From: Obrimoposthia wandeli
Taxonomy: Eukaryota
Direction: 5' to 3'
Length of the DNA: 64,000 nt
Assembly (NCBI GenBank): GCA_977020255.1
Contig: CDROCS010000192.1
Span: 1 to 64,000, forward strand
Positions 40,597 to 52,948 of this stretch are shown piece after piece; positions within the stretch are counted from its first letter, which is position 1, and the number at the start of each line of letters is the position of its first letter. A program made the translations under genes and the position numbers. Below the pieces are notes generated by a model. It saw nothing but the letters and a program-made list of their open reading frames with translations. It made no database searches and was not told the origin of the DNA.

Positions 40597-41190
40597 AAAC
40601 AACACCACCTACCGAAACACTCCACCCACCACCCGTCCCTTCGGGGCGGGCTCCATTCTCGCGAAAATAACTACAAAAACATGCGCTACAGTATTTTTCT
40701 TTAACTTTACCTCTCACAACTACACATCAAGACGATCCGTGTTACAATCCAGCCCCTAATATACACAGTATACCGCCCGCCCTACGGGGGGCTTCATTCT
40801 TGATCTTCAGGCACGAAAAATATTACAAAAAATAAATTATTTGAATAAGACGCAATTTTTTTGCGCCAAATTTAAAATTTTCAAAATTGCTTTTAAACAA
40901 AAAATAAAATATTAAAATTTAAAAAAAATATTACAATTTCCAAAAAATTTTAACAGAAAATAAAATTGTTTACAAAATTTTTATAGTTTAAAAATAAAAT
41001 TTTACACATAATTTTTTACAACAATTTTTATAGTTTAAAAATATAATTTTACACAGAACTTTTATACTTTAGAATTAAAATTTTAAACTTAGAAAAAGAC
41101 AAAGACGAATTGGATACAAATATTTATTAAACCAAAGAGAAAATTTAGGTACAATAAATTTGTGACATAAATTCAAACATACAAAAACAA

Positions 41191-41631
41191 TTATTCAAGT
41201 GAAAAAACATCTGAATATCTGTGATGTCCGTAGACAACTGACCGGTTTTTCTCTACCCATTTTCTCTTATCGTCATTGCTACTCAATGCGATCTTACTCA
41301 TATTTACGGTATAGAGCTGGTGATTAATTGAACTAATGCGTTGTTGTTGCACTCGTTCACTAACCCCACTCTCATATGCAGCTAAATAATTCGCATGGCG
41401 TAGCACAGTCTGCCTAAGGCTAATTCCCTTTGCTTTTTTCTGGGACTTTCCGTCTATAGTTTCTAAGCTATATGATTTGGGGCGTAAAATTACCCATTGC
41501 TTATATCTACATTGCTTACTCTCATCCTTAAATTTGCCTATCGCAGTATTGGCTAAAGGATGGTTTATAGAAAATTTTGATGTGTCTAATAACCCATCTG
41601 AAATCATTGCTGACAACAGTGTAGCTTGCAC
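41191..41631 (-). pseudogene. polB: Polinton PolB C-terminal fragment (diverged lineage)
   Basis: IGKFKDE...LRPKSYS...KAKGI...KIALSSNDDKR.WVEKN...YGH matches the C-terminus of 61454-62662. Confidence 0.9.
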
Positions 41632-42999
41632 GTCTACATTATGACACTTTAGAAAAAAATTCTAATTTGGATATAAAAGGTTCGATTTTTAATCATTTTA
41701 TGTTTATATTTGTGGATTTTAGAATACATTTTTTCGTGTATATTTCAGAATAATGTAAATTAAGATGCAAAGTTGAATCTTAGATCATTTATTATGATGT
41801 TAGTTGACAAATGAATGAATTTACTGTGTAATTTTTCTTAATAATGTAAATTTCGAAGTAGAAAGTTCGATTTTCAGTCAATTTATAGATTAGAAGATAA
41901 ATTTACAATGGATTTTTAGAATAATGCAAATAATCGATCATTTTTCAATGAATTTACCCATATTTATATAAATTTCCTTTGATTTTAGTTTAAGGACAAA
42001 ATTACTTTCAGAATAAATAAGTTGTATTTCCTGACGATTCTTATGTGCCAGCGCGTCAATAAAGTTTTCATGGTTTCTTATATGGTAGATGCACTAATTG
42101 GATTTATCTTCAACATATTTAAAGTATTCCACCGTGTAATAAAGATATAATTTGAAGAGAGTATATAATGATCAATAAGTGAGAGTTTATTACGGTCAAT
42201 TATACGGATAATTAGAGAGATTACTATGATCAATTAGTCAATTTACGATCAAGAGTATTTTATTAATTTTAATATGCATCTTTAACTAAGAATTTTATTA
42301 AATTTCAAAATGATTCATTAAATCTAAAATGTTATCTACTTTCTTGTGAAAAAGTTTTTATTTGAAAAAGAATCTGTAAAGGTTTTGTTAATAAAAAATG
42401 ATTAGTTTACATTTCTATTTTTTGTTTCAAAGAATATTGTTTGAAGATTAGCTTATTTAAGGAAATTAATCTATGTAATAAATAAGTAATTAATTAAATT
42501 ATCACTAGTAAACATCGGATATCAATACTATATTGGAACATTTTGTTTAGAAATTATTACATCAGGACTAGAAATGGATTAAATTATATTCTCTCTTTCG
42601 ATTCATTTAAACCTAAAATTATTATTTTAAAGTATCATTTATTGATATAATTTATTCAATAATGTTTAGAGTATGTATTTATCTCAGTCATAATTTATTC
42701 ATATTACTTGAGTCTATTGATAACTATATTCTCAAAAAATAATTTTTCATTGATCGATATATCAAACAAGAAAATTCTTACAAAACTCTACAAGCTTATT
42801 GATTCATTGATGTTATCAATATTATGGAAACTTATTTTCAAACATCAACAACCAGTCGATTTATTACTTCAAATAAATTATGATCGGTCTAGTAAAGACA
42901 TTATACATAAAAGGTTCTATAAGAGAAATTAACAAGATGCATGAGATTTGTTACATTTAGATGAGATATGACATGGGTGTTTATAAGGTTTAAGAATAG

Positions 43000-44040
43000 A
43001 AAATAATGGATAGAGTTTTAGAAGAGAAACTCACGATTTGTTCAAAAGGTTCTCTAGAAGAGTAATTAATACATAGAAGATTAAAGATAATAAAATAAGT
43101 AGCGGTTCAGAGGAGAAATTAACGATACTTTTAGGAGGTATCAAAAGAAAAAAATATAGCTTAGATTGGATTATGAAGTGAAATTGATGTGATTTATTTA
43201 AGAGATTTAGGAATGGAATTTAACGGGATGTTTAGAAGTTCAAAGAAAAAAATTACAAAGTATTTAGGAAGTTTATAAAATAATTTATTACATAGAAGAG
43301 TTCAAAGAGGAAATTTACGAGGTATTTAGAAGGTTATAGAATGGTTATAAAAGACAAATTGAAAAAGTGTTCAAGAGGTTTCAGAAGAAATATTATAGAT
43401 TTGAAGGGTTTAGAAGGGATTTAGCAGGAATGTTTAGGAGGTATCAGAAAATATAGCCTTAAAAAGCGTTTAGAGAAGTATTTAAAAGGAGTATTTAGGA
43501 AGTTTCAGAAAAAATAAATAAAAACCTAAAATTGATTCATAGGGGAAATTAAAGCCTAAAGGGTTCAAAGGGGGATTTAACTGAGGATTTCAAGAAGAAA
43601 TAAGACGGATTTAGAGGGAGATTTAAAGGGATATTTAGATGGTTCAGATGAGAAATTAAAGCCTAAAGGGTTCAAAAGAGAATTTAACGGATATTTCAAG
43701 AGGTTTCAGAAGATGAAATATAACCTAAATTGGTTCAGAGGAGAATATGTATAGGGAGGTTTCAGAAGAAGAAATTAGATGAATTTAGAGGGAAATTTAA
43801 CGATGATGTTTAGATGGTTCAGAAGAAAGATTAAAGTTTTGAAGGGTTTAGAATGGATTTAGCAGGAATGTTTAGGAGGTTTTGGTAAAGAAAATATAGC
43901 CTAGATAGCTAGATTAAATGAAAATAAAAGCGATGTTTATAAGATTAGTAGGATTCAGAAGAAAAAATATAGGATATATTTGACTTTGAAAGGAAATTTA
44001 ATGTGAGTTAGAAGATATTTAGGTGGTTTAGAAGGGAAAT
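43000..44040. repeat. Degenerate purine-rich ~60-bp tandem repeat
   Basis: Recurring ggttcagagg.gaaatttaac.g.atgtttag.aggtttcagaag motifs; an inverted copy lies at ~48975-49577. Confidence 0.65.
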
Positions 44041-45566
44041 AAGACTACTGTTCTAAAACTATAGTGAAATCGTATTTTATCAAAATTCCGGTCATTTCAC
44101 TTAAGATTATGATATAAGCGATCATATTGAATTTCAGCTTTATAGTGCTTCAAAGCGAGTTATACCAAAAATTAATTATAATATAAGTATTTTACTCATA
44201 TTTCGGTCATAACAAAGACAATTTTTACAAAAGCAGAGATATTATTCAAACTTTTACCATCTTCTTGTAAATGTTTCGCATATATTTTGGAAAATGATAA
44301 TCCACAATAGTGTTAGAATTAGAATATTAGAATTAGAGTATTAGCAGTTAGAGGTTTAGGTTAGATATTGAGTAATAACGATTAGTGTGCATATTTTCAA
44401 TTATTGATTTTATAGTTGAAAATAATCAATGATGTTGTAAATAGCTGCTTATAAGTCAATAGGTATTAAGGGAAACTTAAAGAAACAACTTCTGAGTATT
44501 GATAAAGTCATCATATATTTATAAAAAATCGGGTGAAATCTTTATGATCACTATTAATAGTTTTGGTTCATATAAATGGATTCTATCTTCATTGGACATT
44601 AAAAAATACTTTAAATCAATTAATAATAAGACATTGAATGAGAATTATTCAAATTAACGATTTCATTAATACATAGTAAATAAGTTATTTTCAAAGAGAG
44701 TTTTATCGAAGTCATCAATATTATCGTTCCAAAGCCAATATTTAAGCATTTCATCTATTCCTTCTACATTCCTTCAATTAAAATCAAAGCTAGGTATTCT
44801 ATTTTTTAAAGATAATGTTTGAAGTATTTTATCGAAATTTAAATGCAATAATGGAGAAAAGTGTTAAAGAATTGACATTAGGATGAAAGTGATAATCTAG
44901 AATTGATTGATATATGTGAGGAAATTTATGAATTATACCTGGTTTGTTTGACATATTGAACATATATAATCAACCTCTTGTTTGAAATAATTATGAGTAG
45001 ACATTATAATGAAATATGGTCAAAACGTTGACTGTTTATATACAACTAAAATCTGATTGGATAATGGTAGAAACATGATAAATACAATTGATGTATGATA
45101 ATGATTAGAATGACGTATTTGATTAAGCAAAGTTGTATTAAGCGCTGCAATACTGCGTTTAGCTTTAACAAGATTCCATGCAGAATTATTCTTTAAGTCT
45201 ATATTAAAAATATTAGTATTAAGATAGTGTTTATTAGACAAAGTTACTTAAAATATTTTATTACAATATATCCACCAACAAACAATAAAAAAAACTCTTC
45301 TCCCAGAAAAAGCTCCTCTTCTTTTCTTTCATCTCTTCTTTCATCTTATTATAGCCCAAAATGAGAAGATTGACTGCCTTATTGTGAATTATTCTTTGTA
45401 CATGCTCCTCCAGAGGTAGATCCGTTGCTTAGATGAGTATCAGAACATTTTCTTCTACAAGATTTTTCGAGATGAAACTCTTCACCGCCCGAACAACATC
45501 TTGCTTGAAATAATTTGCGAGTAGACATGATAATGAAGTAGGAGTTAAAAGTAAACTGTTTATATA

Positions 45567-46162
45567 CTATACAACTGAAATCTGATTAGATGATAGGAAA
45601 ATCATAAGAAATACAATTTTTGTATGATAATGATTAAAAATACGTATTTGATTAAGCAAAGTTGCATTAGGTGAAGCAATACTACGTTTAGCTTTAACAA
45701 GATTCCAGACAGTTTTAACACTCATTGAAAGAGATAAAAATGCAATCACAATACAAACAGCATGTAAACCTCCATAATGACCACATACTAGAACTTTCCC
45801 TCCATTTTTGATGGTTTCTTTAATTATATTATTAGTCTGTTTATAATATTGTAATATTGTTTCTCCTAATTTCGTATTTATATATATTGATTTTTACTTT
45901 AATTCCTTATAAGATATCTTATCCACTGGAGATGTATTGATTACATATGTGAATTTCGATTTTAGAAGCTCAGTTTCATCAAACCAGTCACGATAATTTC
46001 CAATATATAATTGATTTACTAAAATCTCGCTCATTGGGGTTTTGTTTAATTTTTCAGAGCATTTAAGAAATCCAATCGCTTATTTTCTTCTTTATCAGTA
46101 TCTTCAATAATTTCTTCATTTTTCTCTGCTGCTGCTGATGATGGTTCACCGAGTTTCTCCAT
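45567..46162 (-). pseudogene. Dual-specificity-phosphatase-like gene with altered active site; 3' half duplicated at ~44971-45225
   Basis: PMSEILVNQLYIGNY...YVINTS, then KNGGKVLVCGHYGGLHAVCIVIAFL..MSVKTVWNLVKAKRSIASPN..LLNQI, following the DSP pattern. Frameshifts lie between the blocks. Confidence 0.75.
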
Positions 46163-46284
46163 TTTACTGACAAATTTAAAGCTATAAGAGTATTGTTTAT
46201 AATTCAGAAAACAAGGGGAAATCTATTTTTAGTAACATTACAACTTTTTGCAACTTTGCATCTTTTTGCAAGTAATGTCTTTGT

Positions 46285-46787
46285 TTATGAAAAAAGACAA
46301 GTATGAAGATGTATATTAAATAAAATACATTCAATAAGATATTCATATTCTAGGGTCTTAACCCCAAGTATCATCACCTTCTCGCTTGCAAAATGTTCAT
46401 GCATAGAGGGTTGTATTTGATATATCATAGCCCCAGAAAATTTTCTGGTTCGTAAACTGCTTCCAATCCCATACTCTTACTCATCTTGCTCAGGTTTATT
46501 GGTTTTTCCAAATTAGTACTGACACTGATTGATTGAATTTTCTCGATTTTGATTTTGAACGGAAGAGTGCTTTCATCTAGCGCAGCTTTAGACCCCATGA
46601 TTCGACATGTTCCTAAATTATATTAAAACTTAAATGTAAAATAAATTACCAGATTTGAAAATTATAATAGTATAATTATCACACTTGTGTCGGTACTGAT
46701 GTGGCTTCGAAATGGTAAGTGTTGAATATTGCTTACAACCATTCCCTTGTAATTATTATTCACAAATTTGATATTATGAAGTAACAT
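46285..46787 (-). pseudogene. TBP-like gene, diverged paralog, intron 46613-46649 (37 nt)
   Basis: IKFVNNNYKG...LPF..KPHQY...DNYTIIIFKSG|TCRIMGSK...IQSISVSTNLEKPINL...YEPENF.GL.YIKYNPLCMNIF..KVMILGVK. Two frameshifts and one stop. Confidence 0.85.
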
Positions 46788-46883
46788 TTCTGATTATTAT
46801 AAACTAATTCTAATATATTATTTGAAAATCTATTTTTAGATTACAAATTATCTCTATAAACAATATTCCGATATTGATTTTTA

Positions 46884-47078
46884 TTGAAAATGGATAATCA
46901 AGATAGAGCAAGCACATATATTGGTTCTGGTAGTAATTTATATGCTAATATGGATTATAATAGAAATAATAATAGAGAAAGTATTAATCCAGTAATTGAA
47001 ACAATAACAAGACCTACGCGCGTAACCGAAGAACGTGAGCCCTTCAAGGATATGACTAATACGAAGCGATTTACATAA
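46884..47078 (+). other. Short ORF divergent from the TBP-like pseudogene, unknown
   Basis: 64-codon ORF of natural composition; no family recognised. Confidence 0.2.
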
Positions 47079-47214
47079 ACAACATTATCAATCAATTGGA
47101 ATCGGACTTCAAAGGATAAACAATTGAATAATATCACTAAATAACTTTTCTCGAAGAATTCTCCTCTGTAAACACTTTGTTAAATTCCATCTCTGAACAT
47201 GTATAAATCAATAC

Positions 47215-47216
<2 letters not shown>

Positions 47217-47264
<48 letters not shown>
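47217..47264. repeat. (TA)n microsatellite
   Basis: Pure TA run. Confidence 0.95.
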
Positions 47265-47267
<3 letters not shown>

Positions 47268-50200
47268 CTACATATTTTAAAATGTATATTTAAAAATGTA
47301 TTGATTATTTTAATTAATTGCGATAATGAAGATGAATAATGAAAGATTGTGATAATGAAGGATGAAGATGAGTGATTGCTTTGATGAGAAGAAGGATTGT
47401 GATAATGAAGATGGATCGAAGTAATGAAGATTATGATATTGTGAAGAGATGATGGTGTAACAATGTATGTATCTTTAATAAAAATTATTCTTTGCTATCT
47501 CTATTTACTTGTTTAACTCATAGGTTTAAAAATGTGTAATAAATAGCTTAAGATTACAAAAACGTTTTCTACTCACAAATAAAAGTAGATTCAATTATAC
47601 AAAATAAGTCATCACTTCTCACTACTTCTACAAGTTGTGCTTTATTTATGGCTTGTTGAAAATATTTTACTTCTAGTAGTGCTGGGTGATTTTTGATTTT
47701 ATCGTTTAGTCCATATAGAAACTGATGTAGTAGTAAGCGTTCTCTTAAATATTATATAAAATCATAAATGATTATCTGATCATGATATTGACGTAATATA
47801 AGTTTCTTGAGAAAATAACCAATATGGTTCACTTTATTTTCTTAAAGCTCTTAAATAGATCGTAATTTTTATACTTATTATTACTTCACACTTAACCTCA
47901 ATGGTGATTTAATTGAAGTATTTAATGACTGTGTACAACTTGATGAGTAGAAGAAAAATATCAAAAACTTAAATATGACTTACTATATTGAAATAATAGT
48001 AAAATATTGATAATTTAAGTACAACTTTCAATAATCACCATATGTTCAATATGTCAAACAAACCAGGTATAATTCATAAATTTCCTCACATATATCAATC
48101 AATTCTAGATTATCACTTTCATCCTAATGTCAATTCTTTAACACTTTTCTCCATTATTGCATTTAAATTTCGATAAAATACTTCAAACATTATCTTTAAA
48201 AAATAGAATACCTAGCTTTGATTTTAATTGAAGGAATGTAGAAGGAATAGATGAAATGCTTAAATATTGGCTTTGGAACGATAATATTGATGACTTCGAT
48301 AAAACTCTCTTTGAAAATAACTTATTTACTATGTATTAATGAAATCGTTAATTTGAATAATTCTCATTCAATTTCTTATTATTAATTGATTTAAAGTATT
48401 TTTTTAATGTCTAATGAAGATAGAATCCATTTATATGAACCAAAACTATTAATAGTAATCATAAAGATTTCACCCGATTTTTTATAAATATATGATGACT
48501 TTATCAATACTCAGAAGTTGTTTCTTTAAGTTTCCCTTAATACCTATTGACTTATAAGCAGCTATTTACAACATCATTGATTATTTTCAACTATAAAATC
48601 AATAATTGGGAATATGCACACTAATCGTTATTACTCAATATCTAACCTAAACCTCTAACTGCTAATACTCTAATTCTAATATTCTAATTCTAACACTATT
48701 GTGGATTATCATTTTCCAAAATATATGCGAAACATTTACAAAAAGATGGTAAAAGTTAGAATAATATCTCTGCTTTTGTAAAAATTGTCTTCGTTATGAC
48801 CGAAATATGAGTAAAATACTTATATTATGATTAATTTTTGGTATAACTCGCTTTGAAGCACTATAAAGCTGAAATTCAATATGATCGCTTATATCATAAT
48901 CTTAAATGAAATGACCGGAATTTTGATAAAATACGATTTCACTATATTTTATAGAACAGTAGTCTTATTTCCCTTCTAAACCACCTAAATATCTTCTAAC
49001 TCACATTAAATTTCCTTTCAAAGTCAAATATATCCTATATTTTTTCTTCTATATCCTACTAACCTTATATACATCGCTTTTATTTTCATTCAATCTAGCT
49101 ATCTAGGCTATATTTTCTTTACCAAAACCTCCTAAACATTCCTGCTAAATCCATTCTAAACCCTTCAAAGCTTTAATCTTTCTTCTGAACCATTTAAACA
49201 TCATCGTTAAATTTCCCTCTAAATTCATCTAATTTCTACTTCTGAAACCTCCCTATACATATTCTCCTCTGAACCAATTTAAGTTATATTTCATCTTCTG
49301 AAACCTCTTGAAATATCCGTTAAATCCTCCTTTAATTTCCTTTAATCTCCTTTAAGGTTATATTTTCTCTTCTGAAATCTCTTGAACTCCTCGGTTAAAT
49401 TCTCCTTTGAACCCTTTAGGCTTTAGTTTCTCATCTGAACCATCTAAATATCCCTTTAAATCTCCCTCTAAATCCGTCTTATTTCTTCTTGAAATCCTCA
49501 GTTAAATCCTCCTTTGAACCCTTTAGGCTTTAATTTCCCCTATGAACCAATTTTAGGTTTTTATTTCTTTTTTCTGAGTAGCAATGACGATAAGAGAAAA
49601 TGGGTAGAGAAAAACCGGTCTGTTGTCTACGGACATCACAGATATTCAGATGTTTTTTCACTTGAATAATTGTTTTTGTATGTTTGAATTTATGTCACAA
49701 ATTTATTGTACCTAATTTTTCTCTTTGGTTTAATAAATATTTGTATCCAATTCGTCTTTGTCTTTTTCTAAGTTTAAAATTTTAATTCTAAAGTATAAAA
49801 GTTCTGTGTAAAATTTTATTTTTAAACTATAAAAATTTTGTAAACAATTTTATTTTCTGTTAAAATTTTTTGGAAATTGTAATATTTTTTTTTAAATTTT
49901 AATATTTTATTTTTTGTTTAAAAGCAATTTTGAAAATTTTAAATTTGGCGCAAAAAAATTGCGTCTTATTCAAATAATTTATTTTTTGTAATGTTTTTCG
50001 TCCCTGAAGATCAAGAATGAAGCCCACCCCGTAGGGCGGGTGGTATACTGTGTATATTAGGGGCCGGATTGTAACACCAGTCGTCTACATGTGTAGTTGT
50101 GAGAGGTAAAGTTAAAGAAAAATACTGTAGCGCATGTTTTTGTAGTTATTTTCGCGAGAATAGAGCCCGCCCTGAAGGGACGGGTGGTGGGCGGAGGGTT

Positions 50201-50276
50201 TAGGTGGGTGGTGTTGTTTGTGTTGTGGTGTGGTGTGGTGTGGTGTGGTGTAGTGTTGGTGGTGTACCACTTCCGG

Positions 50277-50570
50277 CCCAACGCCCACCGACTTTCACCC
50301 AACACCCACCGACTTACACCCAACACCCACAAACTTTCACCCATCACCCACCGACTTTCACCCATCACCCAACGACTTTCACCCATCACCCATCGACTTT
50401 CACCCAACACCCAACGACTTTCACCAATCACCCAACACCCATCGACTTTCACCCATCACCCAACGATTTTCACCCAACACCCATCGACTTTCACCCAACA
50501 CCCATCGACTTTCACCCATCACCCATCGACTTTAACCCAACACCCATCGACTTTCACCCAACACCCAGCA
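50277..50570. repeat. 21-bp tandem repeat (cacccaacacccatcgacttt)n
   Basis: About 13-14 head-to-tail units; only 2-3 in the inverted left-arm counterpart (~40445-40505). Confidence 0.9.
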
Positions 50571-50576
50571 CCAAGG

Positions 50577-51459
50577 TAGATCTATTCAGCTTGATTCTGA
50601 TGCTCTAAAGCAAACAGTTAAAGTTAATCCAAGAACTAGTATTCAAAAATCAGGTGATGAAATTGACCATTCAAAATCCACAGTTTATCGTCACTTATTA
50701 GATATAGGAAAGATCTTTAGAAAACCCCAATAACCTCAGATTTAGCATCTAATCGAATTAACATTTGTAAAAAGCTGCTCAATTTTTCTAATGATTTTCG
50801 GTTTTATTTAAACATTGGTGACATGTGATTAAAAGTGGATTTATCACCGTTATCCATATTTGCGAAATCAATGGATCGATAAAAGAGTAGTATCAGCAAC
50901 GGTAGAAAAAGTTGGAAGATTTGAAAAGCAGTCTCTTTTATGTGGGTGGTGGAATTATGAAAGCTTTATTTATTTTGAGTGTCTTTCTTGGGGAGAAACA
51001 ATAAATTCGAACATTTACTGCCAACAAATTCAAAATGTTAATGAAGTTTTAATAAATAGGTATCCAGCATTGTGTCCAAAATGTTAAAGTACTTCATGCA
51101 AAACCACACACATCAATGAAAACAATGAAAGAATTAAATGAGATGAACATGGAAGTTATCCCTCTTCCACCATATAGTTCAGACCTTTCTCTATCGGATT
51201 ATTATTTAATCCGCTGTATGGCTAACTTTCTGAGAGAAAGATTTTTTGAATCAGAAGATGTAAAAGTAGGAGTCCAAGATTTCTTTGATTCTCATAATTT
51301 TGAGTTCGTATAAAGAAGGTATTTTAAAATTAGCTAGGCATTGGTAGGAAACTTTTAAGCACAATGGAATATATTTTGAATCATAATAAATGTTTTAAAT
51401 TAATTTAGTATTTGTTTATTTCAAAGTGAAAAACTGCAAAGATATGGGAATTCCTAATA
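50577..51459 (+). mobile_element. Tc1/mariner transposase remnant, 5'-truncated
   Basis: HSKSTVYRHL, TCD.KWI, LLCGWWNYE, ETINSNIYCQQ, HAKPHTS, PPYSSDLSLSDYYL (YSPDLAPSDY of DD34D mariners). 3' end ...ttcctaata resembles a TIR. Confidence 0.85.
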
Positions 51460-51927
51460 TTTTCTTGTAAATACATCTGACATTTGAATGAAGTACTCAT
51501 TAATATACAATGTTTAAAAGAATTAATCAAAATAATTACAAATATTTAAAAAATTGTAAATTTAGATTTAATTAAAATCAGATCAATTTCGAATATAAAT
51601 ATATGCTAATATGCATTGTCTAAATGATTTATTGAAGTGCTTTTTAACTGATTAAATATAACCATTTTCTCTGTAAACATAAATTTCTACTTACAAATAA
51701 ATTGTAGTGGAAATACGAAAATATTTTAAAAGCAACATAATTTTGTACATATATATATATTGTTGTGATATGTTTTCATTTCACACTATTTTTCTCTTTG
51801 TGTTGCCATTTTGTTTATGTGTGCACATGTTGTTATTTTTTATTGCAATTGTTGTAATTATGTATTATTAATAAATATAACATATTGTTATGAATTATTA
51901 AAATAAATCAATTACTTCCATAACTTG

Positions 51928-52120
51928 AGTAGGTGGTTGTGTCCGGTCTAATCCACACCCCCTCCCCCCTTGTCCTTTAAAACCGTGCATGTGTGTGGAG
52001 TGAAATTTCGTGCATGTGTGTCTCCACCCAAATGCCCCCCTGTCCTTTAAAACCGTGTATGTGTGTGGAGTCAAATTTCGTGCATGTGTGTGGAGTCAAA
52101 TTTCATGTATGTCTCCATTC
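51928..52120 (+). repeat. Polinton terminal sequence with direct subterminal repeats
   Basis: Unit gtcctttaaaaccgtg.atgtgtgtggagt.aaatttcgtgcatgtgtg occurs twice plus a partial third copy. Confidence 0.85.
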
Positions 52121-52405
52121 CACCCAAAGAGTGAAGGAAGGGGGTACCCCCCCACCACAATTTAAAAAAAAATTTACTACGAATTTCAAAAGTGGTTATA
52201 GAATACCACGGGAATCCATATTGGCTCATGCGGCTTATCGCAGACGAGATTTTAAATAATATGTTACTACTATTTTTAAGAAACATTTTAGATTAATAAA
52301 TTACTACATGTTAAATATCTATTTATAGGATAAAAAATCGGTCAGATCTATAATTTAGAGGAGAAAAAACAAAATACGAGTCAAAATTATTTTTCAAAAT
52401 ATTTA

Positions 52406-52861
52406 TTAAACATAAAACAACATATTGGCTTCACTCAAAGTCCAGAGAGGCTGCATTTTTCCGTCATCAGCAAAATATCCATTGAGACGTATTGAGATAT
52501 TCCATAGTTCTTCATCTAGAATTGGAGCAATCAAATATCCTAGATCATCTTTAAAATCCAGACTGGGATCAGTTTCAAGCTGGAAACAATTTCCTTCATA
52601 TACATAATCAGGAATGTAAAATCCCAAAATATTTTTTAATTGATCAATATCAGATGTTGTTAAAATTTCGATGAGATATTTATTCTCCACTTTTGATATT
52701 TTCACAGGATTCATAACTCGTATAATTTGATTCCTCTTTAATATATTACATAGTTTTCCTTTTGAAATTCTTTCTGGATAATAAAAGTTTGCTATACATC
52801 TCTTATCCATTCTAAAATAAGGAAACTGCTTAAAAAAACAATGTTTATAAAAAAAATACAT
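52406..52861 (-). CDS. Polinton accessory protein, putative OB-fold ssDNA-binding protein (paralog 1)
   Basis: Intact ORF (likely start MDKRC); aligns end to end with 52949-53431. The SSB call is inferred from the C-terminal motif pattern only. Confidence 0.5.
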   Translation of the reverse strand: MYFFYKHCFFKQFPYFRMDKRCIANFYYPERISKGKLCNILKRNQIIRVMNPVKISKVENKYLIEILTTSDIDQLKNILGFYIPDYVYEGNCFQLETDPSLDFKDDLGYLIAPILDEELWNISIRLNGYFADDGKMQPLWTLSEANMLFYV

Positions 52862-52948
52862 ATAAGATACAAATATTTAAATAAATAAAACTGATTATTA
52901 AATGAAAGAAACATAGTAAAACCGATTACAATTTATTACACGTAAAAG

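Larger units (their letters stand above)
40229..50576. mobile_element. Rearranged Polinton relic with long inverted arms (element E)
   Basis: AGTAGGTGG terminus at 40229. 40442-41284 is inverted at 49576-50576 and 43505-44965 is inverted at 48040-49577. Contains PolB, TBP-like and DUSP-like remnants. Confidence 0.8.

Noticed and set aside
40379-40759. Five overlapping ORFs (WCGVV/TPHHT repeats)
   Set aside because: They arise from the (CACCA)n array and GC-rich subterminal DNA; there is no coding signal.
43000-44040. Degenerate ~60-bp repeats as a leucine-rich-repeat gene
   Set aside because: Frequent stops in the frames translated and no LxxLxL pattern.
50277-50570. 21-bp array as a CRISPR array or a heptapeptide-repeat protein (THHPSTF)
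   Set aside because: Units are head-to-tail without unique spacers, there are no cas genes, the context is eukaryotic, and the ORFs in several frames are a by-product of the repeat.
40223-51927. Target-site duplications pairing any two Polinton termini
   Set aside because: The flanks (aattg, acttg, tgtgta, aacacc) do not match, and the termini belong to different, incomplete elements.
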